From NCBI GenBank assembly GCA_965214675.1, contig OZ243969.1, positions 1,666,482 to 1,730,481 on the forward strand: a stretch of 64,000 nt of DNA, written 5' to 3'. The DNA comes from Gammaproteobacteria bacterium (lineage in GTDB: Bacteria > Pseudomonadota > Gammaproteobacteria > UBA4575). Each line of letters opens with the position of its first letter. Position 1 is the first letter of the stretch. The notes below the pieces were generated by a model. The model had not been told where the DNA came from. It ran no database searches and saw only the letters and a program-made list of their open reading frames with translations. Shown piece by piece: positions 8,278-17,433 of this stretch. The translations under genes and the position numbers were made by a program.

Positions 8278-8480
8278 TGTTCTGCAATTCTGCCCGGCAC
8301 GTATTTCTGGGTCCGGATGAGATCTATTGAATATCACTATACTTGAATTGAGATCAGGTAGGGTAGCCTGCACCCGCGCCCGACAGAGGGCAAAAACGAT
8401 TGATTGGAATCCCTTATAGGGTCCATAGGTCACCGTGGAATTTGATTGACAAGCTCATGCATGGCGCCTAGAAAGGTGAC

Positions 8481-9293
8481 ATGCTATCCGCATTTTCATT
8501 GAATACCGAAGTGCTGGTTCGCCTGTCGAGCTTTGCGGGCCTGTTTGCGCTGTTCGCGGTGTGGGAACTCGTTGTCCCACGCCGCACCTGGCAGCATTCG
8601 AAAAGTGTGCGCTGGCTCAACAACCTCGCCATCATGGTACTGAACGGACTGATTGTGCGTCTCGGGATACCCCTGGCTGCGGTGGGCACGGCCGTCGCTG
8701 CACAAAACCAGAATCTGGGCTTGCTGAATATCGTTGACATGCCTGCGGTGATGGCAATCGCTGTTGCGATCCTCGCACTGGACTTCGTTCTGTATCTCCA
8801 GCACCTGGTGTTTCATCACGTCGATTTTCTGTGGCGGCTGCATCGCATGCATCATGCGGACCTGGATGTGGATGTCACCACCGGTTTGCGTTTTCACCCC
8901 ATCGAGATCGTGCTGTCCATGGGGATCAAGATGGCGGCCGTGCTGGTGTTGGGAGCTCCGGTCCTGGCGGTGATCGCGTTTGAAGTGCTGTTGAATGCAA
9001 GCTCGTTATTCAATCACGCAAATATCTACATTCCCGAAAAAGCAGATCGCATCCTGCGGTATTTCATTGTGACACCCGACATGCACCGCGTGCATCACTC
9101 GGTCGTGCGACAGGAAACCAACAGCAACTTCGGATTCAATGTTCCCTGGTGGGACTACCTGTTTCGAACCTACCGTGCTGCACCGCAGGCGGGGCAGACC
9201 GGCATGAACGTCGGGATTGAATACTTCCGTACCCGGCGCGACCTGTGGCTGGATCATTTGCTGATCCAGCCGTTTAGAAAACGGACCGGCTAG
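8481..9293 (+). CDS. Fatty acid hydroxylase / sterol desaturase family membrane protein
   Basis: Histidine boxes HHVDFLWRLHRMHHAD and HRVHH in a multi-TM protein. Confidence 0.6.
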   Translation: MLSAFSLNTEVLVRLSSFAGLFALFAVWELVVPRRTWQHSKSVRWLNNLAIMVLNGLIVRLGIPLAAVGTAVAAQNQNLGLLNIVDMPAVMAIAVAILALDFVLYLQHLVFHHVDFLWRLHRMHHADLDVDVTTGLRFHPIEIVLSMGIKMAAVLVLGAPVLAVIAFEVLLNASSLFNHANIYIPEKADRILRYFIVTPDMHRVHHSVVRQETNSNFGFNVPWWDYLFRTYRAAPQAGQTGMNVGIEYFRTRRDLWLDHLLIQPFRKRTG

Positions 9294-9402
9294 TCTGTCA
9301 GGCGCCGGTGAATCTTTGTGGGACCACGGCTGGCGAGCGCCTGCACACCCTGCAGTGGATACACAGGACCCTTATCGCCGTGGGCCGGGGCAAGAACCTG
9401 GG

Positions 9403-9918
9403 TTACTTGTGCAGGATTCCGCATGCAATACGGGGTCCAGCCGCTCCTGCAGGATCCGATTTGTAATCATCTGCGCCCTCGTGAATCACGATGGCCGCGC
9501 CGTCTTCATCGAACAACGCCGTATCCAGTACAAGCTGGGTATTCAGGATCTCGATCTCCAGACTCCCCGATTCCGGTACGTGGATATTCGGCATGTCGCC
9601 GGCATGCATTCCATCCTCGCCCAGGATGCCATGGTTGCGACCCTCCGGGTTGTAATGGCCGCCCGCTGACTTGAATGGTGGTTCGCATTTTCCGATGGAA
9701 TGCACATGGAAGGCATGGGCACCCGCTGGCAGGTCGTGCAGCTTCACGTGCAGGAGCGTGCCATGCGAAGTCCTGTGAAGGGTGGCCATCCCCACAGCGT
9801 CTCCGTTTGCGTTTTGTAATTTGGCGTATGCCTGTTTTGCGGCGCCGGCAAACTGCGGCATCACGGCCAACGCAAGGATGACGAGCAGTGCGGATACTGT
9901 GCGGTATCGGATAGTCAT
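9403..9918 (-). CDS. sodC: Periplasmic Cu/Zn superoxide dismutase
   Basis: Signal peptide followed by the motifs HAFHVHSIGKCE, GGHYNP, HAGDMPN, DDYKSDPAGAAGPRIACGIL. Confidence 0.8.
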   Translation of the reverse strand: MTIRYRTVSALLVILALAVMPQFAGAAKQAYAKLQNANGDAVGMATLHRTSHGTLLHVKLHDLPAGAHAFHVHSIGKCEPPFKSAGGHYNPEGRNHGILGEDGMHAGDMPNIHVPESGSLEIEILNTQLVLDTALFDEDGAAIVIHEGADDYKSDPAGAAGPRIACGILHK

Positions 9919-10012
9919 ATCTTTCCCCTTACCAATCTACGAAGATCGGTGATAATGGAAAGGCGATTCTAACACCGGGATTGATGATTACGAAAACGGA
10001 GCCCGAAGGCAT

Positions 10013-10537
10013 CTATCGAAGGACCAGGCTCAATATCAACAGACCGCTCAGGATCGCGCTCGCGAGCTTCCAAAAAGTGCAGGGTGCCTCTCCAGCAGGG
10101 GTGCTGACCCGGCACGGCGGACCAGATTCTGCATCCAGAGTAGAAAGATCGGCGATGAACTCTGACAAGGTTTCATATCTGTCGGACGGGTTTTGCGCCG
10201 TCGCCTTGGCCAGTGTCAAGTCAATCTACTTCGGCAGGCCGCCACCCTTTGCGAGCGGGACATAGGCGCGGTTCACGTACGCGCGCGCATCACGTGCCAG
10301 CGGCGGGCGGTACGGCAGTTTACCGGCTAGCATTTCGCAGGCGACGATGCCCAGGGCATAGAGGTCTGCGCTGTGCGTTGCAGGCTGACCCTGCAGGCAT
10401 TCCGGGGCGACATATCCGACCGATCCAGCAGGACAGGACTCCCGGACCACGGAATCGAGTTCGTCAAGGCCCTGTACATAGGCGGTGCCGAAGTCGATGA
10501 TCAGTGAATCAATAAATTTGTTTTTAAAGACGTGGCT
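10013..10537 (-). pseudogene. Ser/Thr protein kinase remnant: subdomains VII-XI plus the C-terminal TM helix only, interrupted by an in-frame TAG
   Basis: Frame reads IIDFGTAY...SVGYVAPE...DLYALGIVACEMLAGKLPY, then a stop at 10228-10226, then ...NPSDRYETLSEFIADL and a TM helix. There is no N-terminal catalytic half. The frame begins immediately after the TGA of the upstream Fe-S gene at 10540-10538. Confidence 0.65.
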
Positions 10538-12256
10538 TCAGTGACCTGAAAGCGGCACGCCTACGGCCGGATTGGCGGCCAGGCCGATATCTCGAGCGTG
10601 CTGCTCGAAAGCCTTGTTCTTCCAGAAGAATGCACCCGGTATCGTCGTGGGGGTAACCACCACGTAAAACAGCGCGCGACCCGAGACTGCAACAAGCAGG
10701 CTGAGCGTGGCTGCGAGCATCCACGGCAGTGGATGGGTGATGCCGGCCAGGCCCAGCACGACCACGAGCAGCAGGGCACTGGCCAGAAGCGCGTTCCTGA
10801 GGTAGTAGACACGGCTAAAGGTTGTGGTCTGCACATAGTGCGAAACCGCGCCTTCGTGCGATGCGCCGGCCATGTCACCCCGGTGCCCGATCAGGCCCAG
10901 CGATTCCAATGCCAGGCCAGCGGCGATTGCAATCACCACGGGCAGGGATACTCCGGGAGTACTGGCAAGAGCCACCCAGCCGCCCAATGCCAACGACGTT
11001 CCGACAAAGGCGGTGGCAGTCTGCCAGTGGTTCCAGAACGGTCGAGCAGGAATCGTGTAGCAGCGCACCATGAAATAAAGTGTTGCAATGCCTGCAGCAA
11101 CTGCAAACAGGCCTGACAGGAGCGCTGTACTGTCGTAGCCTCCCAGGTGGGCGAGGAAAAACAGGCCGGTAGCTGCGCCGAACAAGGCACTCGCCAGCGC
11201 TTCGCGGCTCAGGTTCGAGTGGCGCAGGTTATTGAAACCACGGTAGAACCGCATTTTCTTGCCAAGATGCGCCGTCGAAGCCAGCATGCCGACGACTACG
11301 AGTGCGAGTGCAGCGAATGCGATCCAGCCCCCGGCCACCCCGGCAGCAAACGCGACTGCGAAGGCACCCACGCCGGCCTGCACTGCCAAGGTGAAGGCCA
11401 CCAGCGGGGTTTCCCGCGATGACAGGCGCGCGAGATTCCAGCGTTTCCGTACCCCCTGTTTGGGATCGATGACCGGGTGGAACGAGCGATCATCACCCTT
11501 GCGGTACTTGATGGGTTCCGAGTCCGGTCGTGTGACTTCAAGTGGTGCCTGTTTCACTTGCTGGAAACGGATATTCGGATTCGTGATCCCGGGGTCGGGA
11601 AACCCGGGGATGCATGTCTCGACTTGCTCGCGGCCCCTCGGCACGTTCTCGACCACGCCAAAATCCAGGGCGTTGCCCACGCAGGCGGACACGCAGGCCG
11701 GCTTCAAGCCGACCTCCAGTCGATCCACGCACATGTTGCACTTTTCGACCTGGCCTGCCACCGGATCAAGTTGCGGGGCATTGTACGGACAGACCCAGGT
11801 GCAGTAGCCACAGCCGAAGCAGATATCAGGATCCTGAATCACGGCACCATATTCAGGGTGCTTGGTATAGGCCCGCGTTGGACAACCCTTCAGGCAGACA
11901 GGGTCGTCGCAGTGGTTACAGGCCATCGAGAGGTTGATGCGTGTGTAGTCAGGATAGGTTCCCCCTTCCACGTAACCCACGGATCGAAAGCTCAAGTGTG
12001 CCGGCAGGTCATTTTTCTCGCTGCATGCAGCCTCGCACGCGTGACAGCCAATGCAGTTGTCCGCGGTGAAGTGGAATGCGTGCTGCTGGGTGCGGTTCGG
12101 GTTGTCACCGATGCCGGCATCGCCATTGATGTGGAGACTGACACCGCGCTCGCCATCTGCCAGCAGCTGGATCGGCTTGCCGTAGCGGTTCAACGCCTGC
12201 GCAGGGGTATCCGAAAGCCTGGCGTAGTCCGGTTCGTCGGTACGTAACGGAATCAC
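10538..12256 (-). CDS. Fused 4x[4Fe-4S] ferredoxin (DmsB/NrfC-like) and polytopic membrane anchor (DmsC/NrfD-like), no Tat signal
   Basis: Four Cys clusters (CIGCHACEAAC, CNHCDDPVCLKGCP, CFGCGYCTWVCP, CNMCVDRLEVGLKPACVSAC) are followed by about 8 hydrophobic helices. It is translationally coupled to the upstream molybdoenzyme gene (start/stop at 12256). Confidence 0.6.
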   Translation of the reverse strand: MIPLRTDEPDYARLSDTPAQALNRYGKPIQLLADGERGVSLHINGDAGIGDNPNRTQQHAFHFTADNCIGCHACEAACSEKNDLPAHLSFRSVGYVEGGTYPDYTRINLSMACNHCDDPVCLKGCPTRAYTKHPEYGAVIQDPDICFGCGYCTWVCPYNAPQLDPVAGQVEKCNMCVDRLEVGLKPACVSACVGNALDFGVVENVPRGREQVETCIPGFPDPGITNPNIRFQQVKQAPLEVTRPDSEPIKYRKGDDRSFHPVIDPKQGVRKRWNLARLSSRETPLVAFTLAVQAGVGAFAVAFAAGVAGGWIAFAALALVVVGMLASTAHLGKKMRFYRGFNNLRHSNLSREALASALFGAATGLFFLAHLGGYDSTALLSGLFAVAAGIATLYFMVRCYTIPARPFWNHWQTATAFVGTSLALGGWVALASTPGVSLPVVIAIAAGLALESLGLIGHRGDMAGASHEGAVSHYVQTTTFSRVYYLRNALLASALLLVVVLGLAGITHPLPWMLAATLSLLVAVSGRALFYVVVTPTTIPGAFFWKNKAFEQHARDIGLAANPAVGVPLSGH

Positions 12257-14439
12257 TAGAACGTCCTCAAGGCTGTGTTTTGCAGCGCGGCTTCATGCTG
12301 GTCGACAGACTCAATGCGCACCGCGCACTGCTTGAACGCCGGCTGTCTCGAATACGGATCGAGCAGGCCCAGGGTCAGCCGATTGACGCACTCGTGGAAG
12401 TGAAACGGGATGAATACCATGTCGTTCGGCACACGCTGGGTGCACTGGACCATCACCACGGCATCGCCGCGGCGGGACACCAGCCGGGCATAGCCCATGT
12501 GGTCCACGCCCAGCTCATCGGCTGCATCCGGGTTCATCTCCATGTACGGTGTCGGCGAAAACTTGTTGCAGTCACCGACCTTGCCGGTCTTGGTTCTGGT
12601 GTGAAAGTGTTCCACCACGCGTCCACTGTTCAGCCAGAACGGGAAGTCTGCATCCGGGCGCTCGTTATTTTCGAGGTACGGCAACGAAAGCAACTTCGCC
12701 TTGCCGTCAGGAAATGCAAAAACACCATCGGTATACAGGCGCGGTGCGCCTTTCACCTCACCTTCCCGCATCGGCCACTGCAGACCGCGTGCGCGCTCGA
12801 TCCTGTCGTAGCTCATGCCTGAAATGTCGAGGTTCCTGGTCTGCCCCTTGGAGAGCTGCTTCATTTCCTCGAACGCGGCCTGCGGTGTCTCGGGCCAGTT
12901 CATGTTCGCTGCACGATCCCAGCGTTTGGCGAGTGCCGTGAAAATCCAGTGGTCCGGTCTCGAGTCCGCGTAGGGCTCGCTGACCGGCCGCGTCAGGTTG
13001 ACGCGACGCTCGGTGTTGGTGAAGCAACCCTCCTTCTCGGCCCACACAGAAGCTGGCAGGAAGACATGGGCGTAGTCCGCGGTCTCGGTGTCCTCGTAGG
13101 CATCCTGTACGACACAGAAGTCGAGCTTTTGCATGGTTTTGCGGATACGCGGCGAATTCGGCATGGAGGTCAAGGGATTCGTGGCGATCACCCAGAGGGC
13201 CTTGATCTGGCCGGTTTCAATGGCGGGAAAAATGTCTGTTTGAAACAGGCCGCGCTGCTTCGGGAAGAACTCCGGATCAACGTTCCAGAACTTCCCGACT
13301 TCCTCGCGATGGGTCGGGTTCTCAAGTTGCCGATAGCCAGGCAAGCCCGAACACGACGACCACTCGCGGGTACCCATGGCATTGCATTGCCCGGTGATCG
13401 ACAGGCTCGTGCCACCGGGTTTGCCGATATTCCCGGTAACGAGATTGAGATTGTTAATCGCGCAGACACCATCGGTACCGTGGGTCGACTGGTTGATGCC
13501 CATCGTCCAGATTGCCATGGCCGCATCGGCATTACCGTACAGGCGAGCCACGTGTCGAATGGTGTCCTCATCAATGCCGCAGATCTTCGCGGCCGTGGAC
13601 GGGTCATAGCGTGCAACAGTGGCTGCGAAGTCCTCGAATCCGTGCGTGTGCGCGCGGATAAAGGACTCATCGTGCAGGCCATCTTCGAGAATGACGTGGC
13701 ACAGGCTGTTGAGTAACACAAGGTCGGTGCCCGGAGTGACGGGCAGGTGGATATCCGCGAACTGCGCGAACATGGTGACACGCGGATCGACAACGATGAT
13801 CGGAAACCGACGCTTCTCAAGCGCCTCTTTCAGGCGCCAGTAGATAATCGGGTGCTGTTCCGGGAGGTTGGAACCGAACGCGAGCAGGCAGTGCGTGTGA
13901 TCGAAGTCGGCATAGCATCCAGGGGGACCGTCTGCTCCGAACGAGCGCTTGTAACCTGACACGGCGGAGGCCATGCAAAGGGTCGTGTTCCCGTCATAGT
14001 TGTTCGTGCCGATCACACCCCTTACCAGCTTTCCAAGCGTATAGAACTCCTCGGTCATGATCTGACCGGTGGATACCACGGCCACGGCATCGCGCCCGTG
14101 CTCGGCTTGAATTCGCTTGAACTCGCCGGCGACACGATCAAGTGCAGTGTTCCAGTCCGTACGCTGCCAGTGTTCATAAATGCGGTTGCGTACTTTGGGT
14201 GAGCCGCCGCGACCGGGCGCTGCAAAAATCTGTGCCTGGGTCAGTCCCTTGATGCAGAGCTTGCCACGATTAACATCGGCACCGCCGAGGCCACGTGCAG
14301 TGACCGGCTTGCCCTCACTATCCACACCGACCTCGACGGAACAACCCACGGAGCAATATCCACAGGTCGTGTATTTCCAGTCGACAACGCCCTTGTCGGC
14401 GATGCGGATGGGGTTTTTGGTGCGGCGACCGAACAGCAT
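12256..14439 (-). CDS. nasA: Assimilatory nitrate reductase catalytic subunit (molybdopterin oxidoreductase, cytoplasmic)
   Basis: N-terminal Fe-S motif TTCGYCSVGCSVEV....KLCIKG with no Tat signal, and MoCo-oxidoreductase family similarity throughout. The track start (GTG at 14529) would overlap nirD by 79 nt. The internal ATG at 14439 overlaps by 13 nt and is preferred. Confidence 0.6.
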   Translation of the reverse strand: MLFGRRTKNPIRIADKGVVDWKYTTCGYCSVGCSVEVGVDSEGKPVTARGLGGADVNRGKLCIKGLTQAQIFAAPGRGGSPKVRNRIYEHWQRTDWNTALDRVAGEFKRIQAEHGRDAVAVVSTGQIMTEEFYTLGKLVRGVIGTNNYDGNTTLCMASAVSGYKRSFGADGPPGCYADFDHTHCLLAFGSNLPEQHPIIYWRLKEALEKRRFPIIVVDPRVTMFAQFADIHLPVTPGTDLVLLNSLCHVILEDGLHDESFIRAHTHGFEDFAATVARYDPSTAAKICGIDEDTIRHVARLYGNADAAMAIWTMGINQSTHGTDGVCAINNLNLVTGNIGKPGGTSLSITGQCNAMGTREWSSCSGLPGYRQLENPTHREEVGKFWNVDPEFFPKQRGLFQTDIFPAIETGQIKALWVIATNPLTSMPNSPRIRKTMQKLDFCVVQDAYEDTETADYAHVFLPASVWAEKEGCFTNTERRVNLTRPVSEPYADSRPDHWIFTALAKRWDRAANMNWPETPQAAFEEMKQLSKGQTRNLDISGMSYDRIERARGLQWPMREGEVKGAPRLYTDGVFAFPDGKAKLLSLPYLENNERPDADFPFWLNSGRVVEHFHTRTKTGKVGDCNKFSPTPYMEMNPDAADELGVDHMGYARLVSRRGDAVVMVQCTQRVPNDMVFIPFHFHECVNRLTLGLLDPYSRQPAFKQCAVRIESVDQHEAALQNTALRTF

Positions 14440-14450
14440 GACAGCATGTC

Positions 14451-14792
14451 TTAATGGCGGACCTGGATCCGACCCGCAATGACGCGAGTCGGGTACGTGC
14501 GGATTGAGACCGCATCGTCCTCGATACACTGGCCCGTTTTCAGGTTGAAGTGTTGTTTATAGACAGGTGAGGCCACCACAAGCTGCCCCTTAAGGTCCCC
14601 GACAATTCCGCGTGAAAGTACGGGCACGTTACTGAACGGATCGATAGCATCGATCACGAAGATGTCGTCAGAGCACGACACGCGAAACACCGCGACCTGG
14701 TCGTCACCTAGCAGCGCTCTTACACCCACATCGGGTATCAGCGCATCGAGTTCACAAACAGTGGTCCAAGGCATGGCTGGCATCCACTTCAT
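14451..14792 (-). CDS. nirD: Nitrite reductase [NAD(P)H] small subunit
   Basis: 113 aa, Rieske-like NirD family, overlapping the nirB stop by 4 nt. Confidence 0.7.
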   Translation of the reverse strand: MKWMPAMPWTTVCELDALIPDVGVRALLGDDQVAVFRVSCSDDIFVIDAIDPFSNVPVLSRGIVGDLKGQLVVASPVYKQHFNLKTGQCIEDDAVSIRTYPTRVIAGRIQVRH

Positions 14793-17329
14793 GCAACTTC
14801 CGAAGCCAGCGCCGGGCGCCGTTGGCTTCGTTCCCGAACGAACACCAAAGACTCGTCACCTTTTTCGCTGTTGACGAACGTGCGAAAGTGCTTGCGTTTC
14901 TCTTCGTCCTCGACCACTGATTTCCACTCGCACTCGTAGGTATCCACGATGTGCGCCATTTCCGCTTCGAGGTCGGTTGCTAGTCCCAGCTTATCGTCGA
15001 TGATGACCGACTTCAGGTAGTCGAGACCACCTTCCAGGTTTTCCATCCACACCGAGGTCCGCTGCAAGCGGTCCGCGGTACGGATATAGAACATCAGGAA
15101 TCGGTCGATGAATTTGATCAGCGTTTCATCATCGAGACCCGTGGCAAACAGGTCCGCGTGCCGCGGGCGCATGCCGCCGTTTCCACAGACGTACAGGTTC
15201 CAGCCGATCTCGGTGGCAATGACGCCGACATCCTTGCTTTGCGCCTCGGCACACTCGCGCGTGCAGCCGGACACCGCAAATTTCAGCTTGTGCGGTGCGC
15301 GTAATCCCTTGTAGCGGTTCTCGATGTGAATGGCCATGCCGACACTGTCCAGCACACCGTAACGACACCACGCAGTACCGACGCAGGACTTCACCGTACG
15401 CACGGCCTTGCCGTAGGCATGGCCCGTCTCAAAACCGGTATCGATCAGTTCCTTCCAGATCATCGGCAACTCGTGAACCTGCGCACCAAACAGGTCAATG
15501 CGCTGGCCGCCGGTAATTTTCGTATACAGGTCATATTTTTTGGCGACCTGACCCAATGCAATCAGCTTGTCCGGTGTGATCTCGCCCCCTGGCACACGCG
15601 GCACAATGGAATACGTACCGTTTTTCTGCAGGTTGGCAAGGAAGTGGTCGTTGGTATCCTGCAGTGGTGCATGGGACTTCTTCAGCACGTGGTCGTTCCA
15701 GCACGCAGCGAAGATGGATGCGGCGGTCGGCTTGCAGATATCACAACCATGGCCTGTGCCGTGTTTTTCGATGAGTTCCTCAAATGTCGTAATGCGATCA
15801 ACGCGCACGAGGTGGTAAAGCTCCTGGCGCGTGTGCGCAAAATGCTCACAGATATCCGTGCTTATTTCGAGGCCGAGGTTTTCGAGTTTGGCATTCAGCA
15901 CCTGCGTTATGAGTGGCGCACAGCCGCCGCAGCCAGAGCTAGCCTTTGTGCAGCTGCGAATGCCCGCAAGGGTAGTCGCGCCGTCGGCAATCGCACCTGT
16001 GATTGCAGCTTTTGACACGTCGTGGCAGGAGCACAGCTGTGCTGTATCCGGGAGTGCCGCAACGGCCCCGGCAGGTAGGCCACCGCCATCGCGTTGCGGC
16101 AGGATCAACGCGTCCGGGTGTTTCGGCAATGCCAGTTCATTGAGCATGGTTTGCTGCAGCATGCCGTAGTCGGCCGTATCACCTACCAGCACGGCGCCGA
16201 GAAGTTTTTTGCCGGTCTTGTTGACGACGATGCGCTTGTAAATGTGATTGCGTTGATCGATGTAGGTATAGGTGTCAGCACCCTTTGTTCGAGCATGTGC
16301 ATCACCCATGCTGCCAACGTCGATGCCAAGAAGCTTGAGCTTGGTACTCATGTCGGCCCCGCGAAAAACCGCATCGGACTCTTTGGCCAGAACACCGGCC
16401 GCCGTTTTGGCCATTTCGTATCCAGGGGCGACCAGTCCGAATATTTGCCCCTCGTAGAGTGCACATTCGCCGATGGCAAGAATGCTCGGATCAGAGGTGG
16501 TACAGAATTCGTCAATGACGATACCGCCACGTTCACCGATCACCAGGCCACATTCGCGTGCGAGCTCATCGCGCGGTCGGATGCCGGCCGAAAAGACCAC
16601 CAGATCAGTTTCAAGCACTTCACCGTCGGCAAACTCCAACCGGTAACGAGCCGATTCTCCGGGCACGATCCGCTGTGTGTTTTTGCCGGTATGCACGGCA
16701 ACACCCAGCGATTCGATCATGGTGCGCAGCATGGCGCCTCCCCCGTCGTCCAGCTGCGTGCTCATGAGTACGGGCGCGAACTCCACGACGTGGGTGGTGA
16801 GCCCCATGTTCTTCAGCGCATTTGCTGCTTCCAGGCCCAGCAGACCACCACCGATCACAACACCAATTTTGGCATCGGTGCCGGATGCCTTGATCGCGTC
16901 TAGGTCCTCAATCGTGCGGTAGACGTGGCAGTGGGGCAGGTCGTTGCCAGCGATGGGCGGAACGAACGGGTACGAGCCCGTCGCCATAACAAGAGCGTCA
17001 TACTCAGTGGTATGCCCGCCACTGCAACGTACCGTCTTCGATGGGCGATCAATTTCCAGGACGCTCACACCCAGATGATACGTGGCAGGGGTACCAGCCG
17101 GTACTGGCTCCAGGGCAAGATCCGTCGCGCTGTGGCCGTTGAAATACTCGCTCAAGTGGACGCGGTCGTACGCACCACGCGGTTCCTCTCCGAATACCGT
17201 GATCCTGATATCCGGGTTATCTGCGGCACGTTCCACGAAACGGTGGCTGACCATACCGTTGCCGACCACCACGACGTGCGTGCTTTCGTGTGGTTTTGTA
17301 CCCATGGCCGATGGAAGTGCAACTTCCAT
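14789..17329 (-). CDS. nirB: Nitrite reductase [NAD(P)H] large subunit
   Basis: 846 aa. It has an FAD/NAD-binding N-terminus (VVVGNGMVSHRF), BFD-like 2Fe-2S segments and a sirohaem/4Fe-4S C-terminus. Confidence 0.8.
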   Translation of the reverse strand: MEVALPSAMGTKPHESTHVVVVGNGMVSHRFVERAADNPDIRITVFGEEPRGAYDRVHLSEYFNGHSATDLALEPVPAGTPATYHLGVSVLEIDRPSKTVRCSGGHTTEYDALVMATGSYPFVPPIAGNDLPHCHVYRTIEDLDAIKASGTDAKIGVVIGGGLLGLEAANALKNMGLTTHVVEFAPVLMSTQLDDGGGAMLRTMIESLGVAVHTGKNTQRIVPGESARYRLEFADGEVLETDLVVFSAGIRPRDELARECGLVIGERGGIVIDEFCTTSDPSILAIGECALYEGQIFGLVAPGYEMAKTAAGVLAKESDAVFRGADMSTKLKLLGIDVGSMGDAHARTKGADTYTYIDQRNHIYKRIVVNKTGKKLLGAVLVGDTADYGMLQQTMLNELALPKHPDALILPQRDGGGLPAGAVAALPDTAQLCSCHDVSKAAITGAIADGATTLAGIRSCTKASSGCGGCAPLITQVLNAKLENLGLEISTDICEHFAHTRQELYHLVRVDRITTFEELIEKHGTGHGCDICKPTAASIFAACWNDHVLKKSHAPLQDTNDHFLANLQKNGTYSIVPRVPGGEITPDKLIALGQVAKKYDLYTKITGGQRIDLFGAQVHELPMIWKELIDTGFETGHAYGKAVRTVKSCVGTAWCRYGVLDSVGMAIHIENRYKGLRAPHKLKFAVSGCTRECAEAQSKDVGVIATEIGWNLYVCGNGGMRPRHADLFATGLDDETLIKFIDRFLMFYIRTADRLQRTSVWMENLEGGLDYLKSVIIDDKLGLATDLEAEMAHIVDTYECEWKSVVEDEEKRKHFRTFVNSEKGDESLVFVRERSQRRPALASEVA

Positions 17330-17433
17330 GCCATTGAATAAATTGAAGTAGAATCAGTGCGTTATCACGTTTCGTAGATGCGGGGTGATACACAGCAGTT
17401 CAGCCACGCACCGCGCTGGCGCATCCAGTGGAC

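Noticed and set aside
9294-9402. Possible terminator between the convergent hydroxylase and sodC genes
   Set aside because: There is only a weak CAGGCGC...GCGCCTG pairing with a 28-nt loop and no U-tract. It is not convincing.
17330-17433. Sigma54/NtrC promoter upstream of nirB
   Set aside because: The best candidate (TGGCTGAACTGCTG) has the wrong GG/GC spacing, and no TGCACC-N5-GGTGCA site is present. Regulation may be by a NasS/NasT-type antiterminator that I cannot identify from sequence alone.
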